Positions 53,430 through 62,436 of a stretch of DNA of 64,000 nucleotides are shown here, piece after piece. Position 1 is the stretch's first letter; every line of letters starts with the position of its first letter. A program made the translations under genes and the position numbers. The stretch spans positions 256,001-320,000 of the forward strand of contig CAWCPV010000014.1 in NCBI GenBank assembly GCA_963797555.1, written 5' to 3'. Origin of the DNA: an uncultured Gammaproteobacteria bacterium (lineage in GTDB: Bacteria; Pseudomonadota; Gammaproteobacteria; CAWCPV01). The notes below the pieces were generated by a model. That model made no database searches and was not told where the DNA came from. It saw only the letters and a program-made list of their open reading frames with translations.

Positions 53430-53573
53430 CGGAGTCTCTCCGTGGTTGAGTTGAGAAGAATTGCACAGACGAAAATGCACCGGGCGGACTCACGCAGTCA
53501 TGACTGAATGAACGTCGCGGCGAAACTCTGGCGACGTCCTTCATCGTCACCTTCGCCAACCTGCCGATCCAGG

Positions 53574-54098
53574 TCAGTTGATCGGGACCGGCCGCCCACC
53601 GTCCGCCTGCGCCTTGGCGGCGTCCAGCGCTGCCTGCAGCTTCGCTTCCTGCTCGTGGGTCAGCGAGGTCTTGATGACCTTGCCGCCGGTGCCCTGCAGT
53701 TCGGCCAACACCTTGTCGGGCGTGACCTTGCGCACCAACACGAAGAGCAGAGAGCTGCCGTTCTTGAAATTGCCGGCGAGCTCCCTGATGAACTCGTCGC
53801 TGATGCCCGCGTCACTCAGCGCACCGCCGACGGCACCTGCCGCCGCACCGGCCGCCAGGCCGAGCAGCGGGGCGAAGAATATCAGGCCGATCAGGGCACC
53901 CCAGAAGCCCCCGCTCACCGCGCCCATAGCGGTGAGGTTGTGGGCCTGATGCAGCTTCACCTTGCCCTTGCCGTCCTTGACCGCGACGACGGAATCCTCC
54001 AGGTCGACGAGGTACTCCTGCTGCAGCTTGCGCAGCTTGGTACGCACTTCCTCGGCCTTGAACTGATCATCGTAGGCAATTACCACCAGGTCGCTCAT
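53574..54098 (-). CDS. DUF1269 membrane protein
   Basis: MSDLVVIAY, GGFWGALIGLIF, VTPDKVL. Confidence 0.88.
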   Translation of the reverse strand: MSDLVVIAYDDQFKAEEVRTKLRKLQQEYLVDLEDSVVAVKDGKGKVKLHQAHNLTAMGAVSGGFWGALIGLIFFAPLLGLAAGAAAGAVGGALSDAGISDEFIRELAGNFKNGSSLLFVLVRKVTPDKVLAELQGTGGKVIKTSLTHEQEAKLQAALDAAKAQADGGRPVPIN

Positions 54099-54218
54099 GA
54101 GTCGTTTCCTCCGTTCTCGGTCAATTAGACGCAATGAAGGGCTGCTGTGCAAGTCTACAATCGGTTCGGCATGCGCTGGCCTGCCAATCCAAGGCGATGA
54201 GGCGCGCGGCTACTCTGT

Positions 54219-54621
54219 CTAGACGAATTTGCTCACGTGCCACGTATTGCCCTCCTTGCTGAGCCAGAGCCGGGCGGTGATCGGGTGGATGCCCGGCACA
54301 TCCGAGCTGATGCGGTACACGTAAAGGGTCTCAGCGGGAGACAGGGCTTGCGTTTCCAATAGCGTCTGCTTGACCAGCGGCCTGTCCTTGGCCGGCTCTT
54401 TGGCACCGACCGCCTCGATCTGTCGCAGCAATCCTTCGAGCTGCACCCTGGCGCTGCCGCTGGCCAGCTCGACGGCCTGCGCCATGTTTGTCCTCGACGA
54501 AGTAGGCGCGAACGAATTTGCCGGCAATGGTATCGGCGTTCAGCTCCTTGCTGCAAGCCGTCGCAGACACCGCTATTGCCAGGAGGACCAGAGCAGCCGA
54601 TGGGGTGCGCCCAAAGCGCAT
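54219..54621 (-). CDS. Hypothetical lipoprotein (frameshift near 54487)
   Basis: Lipobox ATAC; two joinable ORFs. Confidence 0.6.
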
Positions 54622-54653
54622 ACTGCCATCTCCTTCGGGGTTCATGGCTCGTT

Positions 54654-54848
54654 TCACGATCGGCTCTCGATCCGTCCGATGGCTTGCTTGATCTCGTCGA
54701 TCACCAGCCGCCGCGCCTTGGGCTCGTCGATATCAGGCACCTCCCACTCCATGATCTTGAGGAACTTGTCCACCAAGTGCTCGACTTCTTTGTCTAGCTG
54801 CTGTCGGCGCTTTTGCATTTCGATTTCTTCTATCCCGGCCATCGCCAT
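54654..54848 (-). CDS. Small hypothetical protein
   Basis: RBS GGAGGA before ATG 54848; LVDKFLKIMEWEVPDIDE. Confidence 0.65.
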   Translation of the reverse strand: MAMAGIEEIEMQKRRQQLDKEVEHLVDKFLKIMEWEVPDIDEPKARRLVIDEIKQAIGRIESRS

Positions 54849-54879
54849 GGTCCTCCAGGTTGATGCACCATCTCGTGCG

Positions 54880-55079
54880 GTGCGCTGTTCGGTATCGTCC
54901 ACGATGACGGCATCAATTTGTTTGTCGTCGGCCCCATCGGTGATGTCGTCACGTGTTGCGGCATCATCTCGGAGAAGGACTCGCCGCAGATACCAAGGAA
55001 CGAACCGTTGGCCGTCGTTGGGAGAGTTACCCTGATAGCACGGGGCAGAGGCGATCTCTTGAAGGATTTGCTGGAGCAT
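54880..55079 (-). pseudogene. Second integron cassette gene, truncated; AIPR-like N-terminus
   Basis: Starts 24 bp after the attC core with RBS GGAGGTG; GQRFVPWYL...ITDGADDKQIDAVIVDD. Confidence 0.55.
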
Positions 55080-55102
55080 GGTCGTCTTCACCTCCATCTT
55101 TG

Positions 55103-55175
55103 GCCCAACGCCGAGGTTCAGGCGCGGGCCGAGCGCGCAGTGCGGGGACCGTCGCCTGGAACCGCTGGTTGGGGC
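55103..55175 (-). other. Integron attC recombination site
   Basis: Minus strand GCCCCAAC-CAGCGGTTCCAGGCG...CGCCTGAACCTCGGC-GTTGGGC, an imperfect hairpin with extrahelical bases. Confidence 0.85.
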
Positions 55176-55757
55176 CTTTGCGGTGTACGTTCAATTGCAC
55201 GGATGCATCCTCGAACCACAAGTGCTCGAAACTCCCGACAGGGTTAACGCCGCTATGACGTCGGGCTCCAAGTTCAGCATCGGTGTGTCGCCGTCATGGA
55301 AGTGGAAGCCCCAGTATTTACCCTCGTGTACGATGTCACACCGCGCGTCATAGAGGGCATCTGATGCCTGCTCTCAGAGACATCGGTGTTCTGTCATGAT
55401 GGGCTATGCCAGCACGGAAGATCCTCTGGTCCTCGGCCGAGAGGAACCAACTGAAGAAGTTGCGCACATAAGCTCGGGACCGGCCCTCTGCGTCGTATTT
55501 GTCCGCAAGCTTCGCAATGTTCTCTGCGCAGATCAGCAGGAACAAGAGGCGAAGCCCTTCGTTTGTCTTTCTTATCTGAGGCAGATCATCCGATAGAGAA
55601 ATCAACCTTTGAGTCTGATGCATCATGATCCGGGCCTGGTGCCGTGGATCGCTGAGCGGGAGAGATTCAAGCGGCTCAATGAATGATCGAGCAGCGGCAG
55701 GCAATGGAAAGAACGGTTCAAAGACGGAAGCCACCTATCTACGTCTACCGATCCCAT
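55118..55757 (-). CDS. First integron cassette gene, hypothetical (RxxxxH motif), frameshifted
   Basis: Lower GC than flanks; pieces IMMHQTQRLISL..., LYDARCDIVHEG; the last frame stops at a TGA inside the attC. Confidence 0.55.
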
Positions 55758-55764
55758 ATCAAAA

Positions 55765-55830
55765 GCCCCAACAGTTAGTGGACCTTAAAGTGCCGTGGTC
55801 AAACACGGTACTTTGCGGCCTTATCCGAAA
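55765..55830 (-). other. Putative attI site
   Basis: GTCCACTAACT|GTTGGGGC between the intI remnant and first cassette; the core is complementary to the attC inverse core GCCCCAAC. Confidence 0.6.
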
Positions 55831-56049
55831 TCACAAGGTGCTCGCCCGAGACCGCAACGGTCGGCACGATTAACTGACAAATCCAATGCATACGTTCACC
55901 GTCGCCCACAGCGGCGAGCCCGCTGAAGGCGCGATAGGCCGGACATTGGGGTCTATCCACACCCTTCTTGGCAGCGGCCTCCTGGGGAACGACTCTGTGG
56001 AGGTGCGGCACCTGAACGAGGCCGGCCCTCATGGAACCCTACCCGGAGC

Positions 56050-56160
56050 CCTCGCCGTTCTGCGTAAGGTCCGCGACGCCATATATGCGCTCGGCACTAA
56101 CGGCGTCCGTACAGAGGAGACGTATGGTCGCTGGATCAACCGGTTCATCCTCTACCACCC
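56050..56160 (+). pseudogene. intI: Integron integrase N-terminal remnant
   Basis: LRKVRDAI...RTEETYGRWINRFILYH resembles the IntI N-terminal domain; divergent from the cassettes; catalytic domain absent. Confidence 0.7.
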
Positions 56161-56851
56161 TCCGGTGTCATGTCGGGGCCTCAAGCGATTGCCGGCCGGG
56201 CCCGCCTGTGTCGCCCCCCCCGATAATCAGCCCGCAGGGTGCTGAGAGGCGCACATGAGGGGTCTTGGCGGGCCCGCAGGAGGTGAGCGCTGGACCGCTC
56301 TCACGCCTGGTTCTCCGAACCCTCCGATACTGCGGCGCGCTGCCTCGTGACGCGTCACCACAGCTCACGCGACCTTCTCCGCCTCTCCCAGCAGCTCCCG
56401 AATCGCCCCGATGAGCTTCCGGCGCGTGCTCTCCCTCGGCTCGGCGCTATTCAGGATAGCGTAGATTTGCCCGCGCGACACTCCTGAGCGGCGCCCCAGC
56501 TTCGGTGTCGCGGCGGCGCACGTGCTGCTCGATCTCCGCGAAGCCCTTGCCATGGGCGCCACGAACGGTACCCCCGCGAGCTGTCCGTACCGCTCCCATT
56601 CGGGCGACCCTAGCTAGCGGGGCCGCGCGCTGGCGGTCGAGGCACTCCGAGGGGCAGCAGCGCCGGGAGCACGGTGAAGAACGGAAACGGGGGCAGCCCC
56701 GGCAATGTCCCGGTACTGCAGCGGTGACGCTTACTCTGCCCCGAGTGGCATCCTGCAGGAGGAATCGGCGAGGGGAAGCGAGGGCAGGCTTCGGTAAGCG
56801 AACGCACCGAGATCGGGGGACACCCTGGGCACAGCTTCAGCGGTCAACGGT

Positions 56852-57715
56852 TCATCCCACGGTGCCCATCCATTGCACGAGGGACTCCAATTGATTCCGC
56901 ATGTGCAGCCGCGACAATCGGCAACTGCCGCCGTGACCGGCCAGGACCCACTCGAACTCGAATGACAGGAGCCGCTCGAGGGATCGGGTCTGCTCCGCCC
57001 AGGAATACCAGCAGGCACCTCGAAATGCTGTGAGGCGCTTCTCCGGGAAGCTCCACGCCAACGTATCGCCAGTGAACAGGTACGTGTTCTCAAGCAAGTA
57101 GACGACGCTGCCCTCGGTATGTCCCGGCACTGGAATGGCCTTCCAACCGGTCACGGGATCCGCCGGTCCCGTGCCGCGCAGGAGCTGAGTCGCGAAGGGC
57201 GCGGCATCCGCATCGCGTTCGTGGATCCAGACCTCGGCCTGAAAAGCCCGCGCATACTCGTTTGCATCCGCAACGTCGTCGCGGTGGGTCAGGAACACGT
57301 GCCGAAGCCCCCCGTGCTGAGCGATGAACTCGCTCACCTGCCGGGTCCAGCGCGGCGCATCGATGAGTACGTTGCCCGCCGGTCGCACCGCGAAATAGGA
57401 ATGCGCGCCATAGGAGGTCTTGGCGTTGTAGCCGCAACGGTAGATGCCCGAGGCGATCTCCTCGGGGTAAAGGCCCTTGGGCGGCACTCCTCCCGAAGTG
57501 CGACGCACGGACGCGGTCGGACAGACCAGCACTGCACGCCATGCTGCGTCCGTCTCGGCCTGCGTTGACGGTTGGTGCGCAAATACGGACTGGCCCGCAC
57601 GCCGCACGATGAGGTCGGGCGCGACCGTCCTCGATGCACCGCAATCGATGCAATGCACATCGACGTACCAGTCCCCCTCGGCATTTGCGGGATGACGTTC
57701 AGGACCCGATCTCAC
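56852..57715 (-). CDS. MBL-fold metallo-hydrolase with N-terminal ferredoxin-like domain
   Basis: CIDCGAS...CPTAS, LTHRDDVAD, PGHTEGS, FTGD, LAGHG. Confidence 0.85.
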   Translation of the reverse strand: MRSGPERHPANAEGDWYVDVHCIDCGASRTVAPDLIVRRAGQSVFAHQPSTQAETDAAWRAVLVCPTASVRRTSGGVPPKGLYPEEIASGIYRCGYNAKTSYGAHSYFAVRPAGNVLIDAPRWTRQVSEFIAQHGGLRHVFLTHRDDVADANEYARAFQAEVWIHERDADAAPFATQLLRGTGPADPVTGWKAIPVPGHTEGSVVYLLENTYLFTGDTLAWSFPEKRLTAFRGACWYSWAEQTRSLERLLSFEFEWVLAGHGGSCRLSRLHMRNQLESLVQWMGTVG

Positions 57716-58016
57716 CAGCGTCTCCGCCTCGGCACCTTTTCACGGTCCTCGCGACAGGCGTACGCACCTACCCGCCTGCAGTGCCGCTGGGTAGGTCGCC
57801 AAAACAGAATACCGACCCGCGCTCCCCGCTCTCTATTTGCTCTACCGCCGGTGCGGGCAGGTCTGGGGATGGCCGGACGCGACCAAGCGGCCTCTGCGAC
57901 TCTGGTCGTCGGCTGAGCGGGCCGGGCTTCTTGCACAGGCGCCGCAGGGCGCAGCCTGCCTCGCATGAAGACAGCCTGTGCAGGGGGAATCCCGGCGGGC
58001 AAGCTGACCCAGGGGA

Positions 58017-59145
58017 TCAGCCGCTCAGGCGCTTTAGCGCTGCACCCCCGTCGAGCACTTTGCGTACGGCATCGGCGGCCGCCGGCAGCGAGTCGTACCG
58101 ACGCAAGTGATGCAACACCAGGGCACCGCCGTAGACGAGACCGTCGTAGATGGGGCCGGCCTTGCCTCCCAAAGCCTCCACACCTGCCTTGGCGGCCACC
58201 TTGGCGAGGGCGTTCATGTCCACCGCGATGGCGATCTCGTCGCCGGGCCGGGCAGCTTTCGGGAGGTCTTCCGGCAGAGGCGCAGCGCGCACCCTCTGCT
58301 CGATCCCCAGTTCCGCCGGATTGGTATCCAAGGTCTGTTCTTCGCCCTTGTCGTGATAGTACACACACCTGCCGACTTGGCGCAGGGACGGGATCACACC
58401 GCCTTCGACGCCGCGCACCAACAGCAAGGAATCGAAATTCACGTGCCGGGCGAGCAGCGCATACAACCGTGGGTAGGGCTTGTGAACGTAGCCGGTGACC
58501 AGGTGGGTCTTGCGGCGGCCGCGCACGGGGCCGGTCATCACTTCGACCGTGGTCAGTGCCGGCCGTTTCACGATCTTGGTGCGCAGCTCGGTGAGCTTGT
58601 GCAGCTTTGGACAGAAGCGGCTCTGATCCACGTAGGCCCAGCCGATGCTCGGGTCGGCCAGCCGATCCGCCGCCTGCCCCGGTGTGAGGTCCACGGGGAT
58701 ACCGGCGGCACGCAGAATCTGCCGGTGCGTTACCCCGAACTTCGGCCCCATCGTCTCGACGCCCTCGCTGAGGGCCGGCACACCCAGTGCGGCCAACACC
58801 GGCGGCAAGAACGGCGAAGCCGGGATCGTGCGGTTGTAGCCGTCGTAAGGATCGGAAATGATCACGACATCATCCACCGCCGCCGTCGCCGTCTCGGTGA
58901 CCTCGCGAATCGCCTCCATCACGCCGATGTTCTCGTCGTCGGTCTCCCGCTTCATGCGCAAGGCGATAAGGAAGATCCCCGCCTGAACGGGATCGGCCAC
59001 TCCGTCCAGAATCATCCGCGTGCCGCGCCTGGCCTCCTCGCGGGAGATGTCTTTGCTCAATTCCGGCCCCGGTGGCGATGCGCTGGATGATCGAGCGCAT
59101 CAGCACCTGGGGGTCGCTCGGCGGGTTCTCGGCTGGGATGCTCAT
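58017..59145 (-). CDS. Anthranilate phosphoribosyltransferase-like (glycosyltransferase family 3) protein, frameshift near 59065
   Basis: IQRIATG / SKDIS, FLIALRMKRET, DPYDGY, GYVHKPYP, RGVEGG. Confidence 0.8.
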
Positions 59146-59164
59146 ATCCGCTCCTGAAAGCTTA

Positions 59165-59275
59165 GAGCTTGTGAAAGACTCGGCAGCGTCGCGTGTGCTG
59201 CGCGCACCATTCCACGAGAAATCGGGCGGCCAATCCGTGCGCCCAGCGCGCTCTGCAAAAAGTCCGCAGACGCTC
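59165..59275 (+). repeat. Related short element sharing the GAGCTTGTGAA end
   Basis: TTA|GAGCTTGTGAAAGACTC ... AAGTCCGCAGACGCTC; interior differs from copies A-D. Confidence 0.45.
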
Positions 59276-59600
59276 AGTCATGCCCTCCGCCCAAGTCGAC
59301 GAAGATATCGCGGCCTTCGAGACGCACCGCATAGATCCGCAAGGGATCCGAGGCCGGCTCTTCCATGGGCTCACCCGTTTGCAGATCGAAGCGGCTGCCG
59401 TGCAGGGGGCACTTCACGTAGCGGCCCCTGAGCGAACCGGTCGAGAGCGACGCATCTTCGTGGGTGCACATGTCGTCGGCGGCGAGAATTTGCCCGCCCA
59501 CGTTGGCCAGCAGGATATGCCCGCCCCCCACCTCGAAACGCCTCATCTTGCCGGGCTCGATATCGTCGATGACGGCAACCTTGACGAACTTCTCGGGCAT
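59274..59600 (-). CDS. Rieske [2Fe-2S] ferredoxin
   Basis: CTHE...CPLHGSRFDLQTG. Confidence 0.9.
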   Translation of the reverse strand: MPEKFVKVAVIDDIEPGKMRRFEVGGGHILLANVGGQILAADDMCTHEDASLSTGSLRGRYVKCPLHGSRFDLQTGEPMEEPASDPLRIYAVRLEGRDIFVDLGGGHD

Positions 59601-59696
59601 GACGCGCGTGTTTGAAGAGGAGCGCTTACGTCGGGGAAAGGAAAGCTTATCACGGATCCCCGTGCGGGGCTTAACCCACGCGCTTGCACACATCTC

Positions 59697-59791
59697 GTCA
59701 TTCCGTACAGGGAGTGTACGGAATCCGAGGGCAGGATGCCGAGCCATGCCGTCCGCGGCCTCTGGGTTTGCCGATTCCCCGCCGGAATGAC
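59697..59791. repeat. 95-bp palindromic element with GTCATTCCG/CGGAATGAC ends
   Basis: 9-bp perfect terminal IR; internal hairpins CCGTAC-AGGGAGT-GTACGG and GGC-AGGAT-GCC. Confidence 0.6.
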
Positions 59792-60174
59792 AGTGGGGAC
59801 CAGGAGTTGTGTGAATGGCATGGGCTTAACCAGGTAGGCCCTGGCCTTTAAGAGCCGCTGCAGGTCTCACCCTGCGATGACTCGCTTCCAACGCCCCGCC
59901 TGACGGATGGGCTGGGCACCGCCGGCATGGCGTCATGAATAACTTGACTTATCATAATCTTCCGATACCCTTGTTGATCGTTACTTCAACGAGGCTGGGT
60001 AACAGGCTGCGATGATACAGTTTTGTCGAATAGTCATCGCCGCTGCGGTGCCGCCTCGATTTGACCGGGATCGGCTGCCCGTCCCGACGGATCGACGGGT
60101 GAGAGCATTCCCCGACGGCGAGGTGCCGGGGAAGCGTTAGGTGAACAGAGATTCCAACGACGGGGTGATACGAG

Positions 60175-61518
60175 ATGAGCACCAGCAAAGGTCAGGCAAG
60201 GTTACTGAGCGTACTGTTAGGCGTGGCGGCGTGGTCCGCATCATGGAACGCGCAGGCGGTCCCAAGTTTCGCGCGCCAGACTGGCTTGCCGTGTCAGGCA
60301 TGCCACACCGTATTCCCGGAGCTGACCGGCTTCGGACGCCTGTTCAAACTCAATGGTTACGTCCTCACCGGGTTGCAACAGATCGAGGCGCCCAGCAGCA
60401 CGGCCTCCAGTGGGCTGAAGCTCAACGAGATTCCGCCCCTGTCAGCGATGTTTCAGGCCGGCTTCACCCATCTCAACCAGAGCCAGCCGGACACTCAGAA
60501 CAACGACGTTCAGTTCCCGCAGCAGTTCAGCCTGTTTTTCGCCGGTGAGATCACGCCGCACATCGGGACCTTCCTGCAGGCTTCATACAGCCAGCCGGAC
60601 GACCATGTCACATGGGACAACACCGATATCCGCTACGCGAACCACGCGCGACTGTACGGCGACACCATCTTCGGCATCACCGGCAACAACAACCCGACCG
60701 TGCAGGATGTCTGGAACTCGACACCGGCCTGGGGCTTCCCTTGGTCGGGATCGGCCACCGCCCCCACCCCTTCGGCTACTGCGCTGGTCGACGGTGCGTT
60801 GGCCGAGGACGTGGCGGGGCTGGGCGGCTACACCTTCCTCGGCCGGCACTTGTACATCGAGGCAACTGGCTACCGTTCGGCTCACATCGGGCAGCCGCAG
60901 CCCACCTCGGCCAGCAACGACACCATCAGCGGTTTGGCGCCGTACTGGCGCTTGGCCTGGCAGCAGGACGTCCCGAACGGCGATCTGGAGGTGGGCACCT
61001 ACGGGCTTTATGCCAGTCTGTATCCCAGCGGGATCTCGGGTCCGACGGACAATTACACCGACGTCGCCGTAGACACCCAGTACCAGTATTACCTGGGCAA
61101 TGAACGAAACGATAACATCTCGGCGCATGCCACCTTCATCCACGAGTACCAAAACCTCAACGGCACGTTTGCGGCGGGAGGAAGCAGCAAACCAAGTGAC
61201 AATCTGAACACGTTCCGGATGGACGGGACCTATCACTTCGGCAGCCACGCCGCACTCACGCTCGGCTACTTCAACGTCAACGGCAGCACGGATTCGGGGC
61301 TTTATGCACCCGAGTCCGTAACGGGCAGCGGCTCCGGTAGTCCCGACAGCAGCGGGTTCGTCGCGCAGGCCGCGTATCTGCCTTGGCAGAACACCAAGTT
61401 CGTGCTCCAGTATCGGGGATATACCAAGTTCAACGGCGGGAACAGCAACTACGACGGCTTCGGGCGTAGCGCCTCGGACAACAATACCCTGTACCTGCTG
61501 GCGTGGCTCGTGTGGTAG
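60175..61518 (+). CDS. cyc2: Cyc2-like fused monoheme cytochrome c / outer-membrane porin
   Basis: Signal peptide then AVPSFARQTGLPCQACHTVFPELTGFGRLFKLNGY, beta-barrel pattern, aromatic C-terminus. Confidence 0.8.
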   Translation: MSTSKGQARLLSVLLGVAAWSASWNAQAVPSFARQTGLPCQACHTVFPELTGFGRLFKLNGYVLTGLQQIEAPSSTASSGLKLNEIPPLSAMFQAGFTHLNQSQPDTQNNDVQFPQQFSLFFAGEITPHIGTFLQASYSQPDDHVTWDNTDIRYANHARLYGDTIFGITGNNNPTVQDVWNSTPAWGFPWSGSATAPTPSATALVDGALAEDVAGLGGYTFLGRHLYIEATGYRSAHIGQPQPTSASNDTISGLAPYWRLAWQQDVPNGDLEVGTYGLYASLYPSGISGPTDNYTDVAVDTQYQYYLGNERNDNISAHATFIHEYQNLNGTFAAGGSSKPSDNLNTFRMDGTYHFGSHAALTLGYFNVNGSTDSGLYAPESVTGSGSGSPDSSGFVAQAAYLPWQNTKFVLQYRGYTKFNGGNSNYDGFGRSASDNNTLYLLAWLVW

Positions 61519-61613
61519 CCGTGCAAGCTCGGGGGGCCGGGGAACAGGCCCGTCCCCCTCCTCATAACCTGATATCATGCCGCCTGCGCAGCGGCGAGAA
61601 GGGTCGGTCCGGG

Positions 61614-62387
61614 ATGAAAAGCACATCGAGGGGCGGTGGGCCCCGATTCGTTGGCCTCGCCGCGCTCAGAACTGCCCTGCTAGTCATACTGATCACGCCG
61701 CAAACGCAGCCAGCCCGCGCCGCGGAGGCTGCCGAGGCGTTACAGCAGCGGGTGGAGCAGTTGCAGCGTACGGTGGAGCGCCTCGAACGACAGGTGGGGA
61801 AGCTTCAGCGCACCGTGGAGCAACTCCAGCAACGGGTGCAGAAGCCAGAGAGCCAGGGCGCGGCGTCCCGCTCCGCGCCAGAAGCGCAGCAGCCGATCGA
61901 GGCCGCTTCCCCGTCCGCCGCGGCGCTTACCCCGATGCCTGCCCCAAACCAGCAGGAGCCGCAGGTGCAGCGCCCAACGCCAGCGCCCCACGCGGCATCC
62001 GAGGTTCGCCAGCCGCTCCAAACCGCCTCCCCCTCCACCGGAAAGCTTGCGGCGGCGCCGACCGCGACGGAGCAGAAGCCAGAAATGCACCCCGTGGTGG
62101 CGCCCACCGCGGCATCCGAGGCGCGCCAGCCGGTCCAGACCGCATCCCCTTCCACCGAGGGGCTCACTCTAACGCCTCAGACGAAAGAGCATTGGCGCAC
62201 GCTCCGGGAGGGCATGCCCGATCTCGAAGTGCGTGCGCTGCTGGGCGAGCCGAGCCGGACCTTCAAACTGAGCGGCAACACCGTTTGGTACTACTACTAC
62301 ACGGGCACAGGCGGAGGCTCCGTCATGCTCTCCAAGGGCGGAAAGGTTACGAGCTGGCAGCGTCCGCCTCTCGGCTGGTTGTGGTGA
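61614..62387 (+). CDS. Exported coiled-coil/Pro-Ala repeat protein with SmpA/BamE-like C-terminal domain
   Basis: Heptad repeats, repeated AASExRQPxQTASPST, WRTLREGM...VRALLGEP. Confidence 0.68.
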   Translation: MKSTSRGGGPRFVGLAALRTALLVILITPQTQPARAAEAAEALQQRVEQLQRTVERLERQVGKLQRTVEQLQQRVQKPESQGAASRSAPEAQQPIEAASPSAAALTPMPAPNQQEPQVQRPTPAPHAASEVRQPLQTASPSTGKLAAAPTATEQKPEMHPVVAPTAASEARQPVQTASPSTEGLTLTPQTKEHWRTLREGMPDLEVRALLGEPSRTFKLSGNTVWYYYYTGTGGGSVMLSKGGKVTSWQRPPLGWLW

Positions 62388-62436
62388 GTCCAACGGCCGG
62401 ATTGTACCAGGGCCACCCTGGGCATCCCCTCCTGGG

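Noticed and set aside
54654-55097. 147-aa ORF as a single protein
   Set aside because: Chance in-frame junction of a truncated cassette gene and a small gene with its own RBS at 54848.
55830-56050. LexA box upstream of the intI remnant
   Set aside because: No CTGT-N8-ACAG match found by eye.
56266-56285. Sequence ending GGGCCCGCCA on the minus strand, like a tRNA att remnant
   Set aside because: No T-loop and too short to support.
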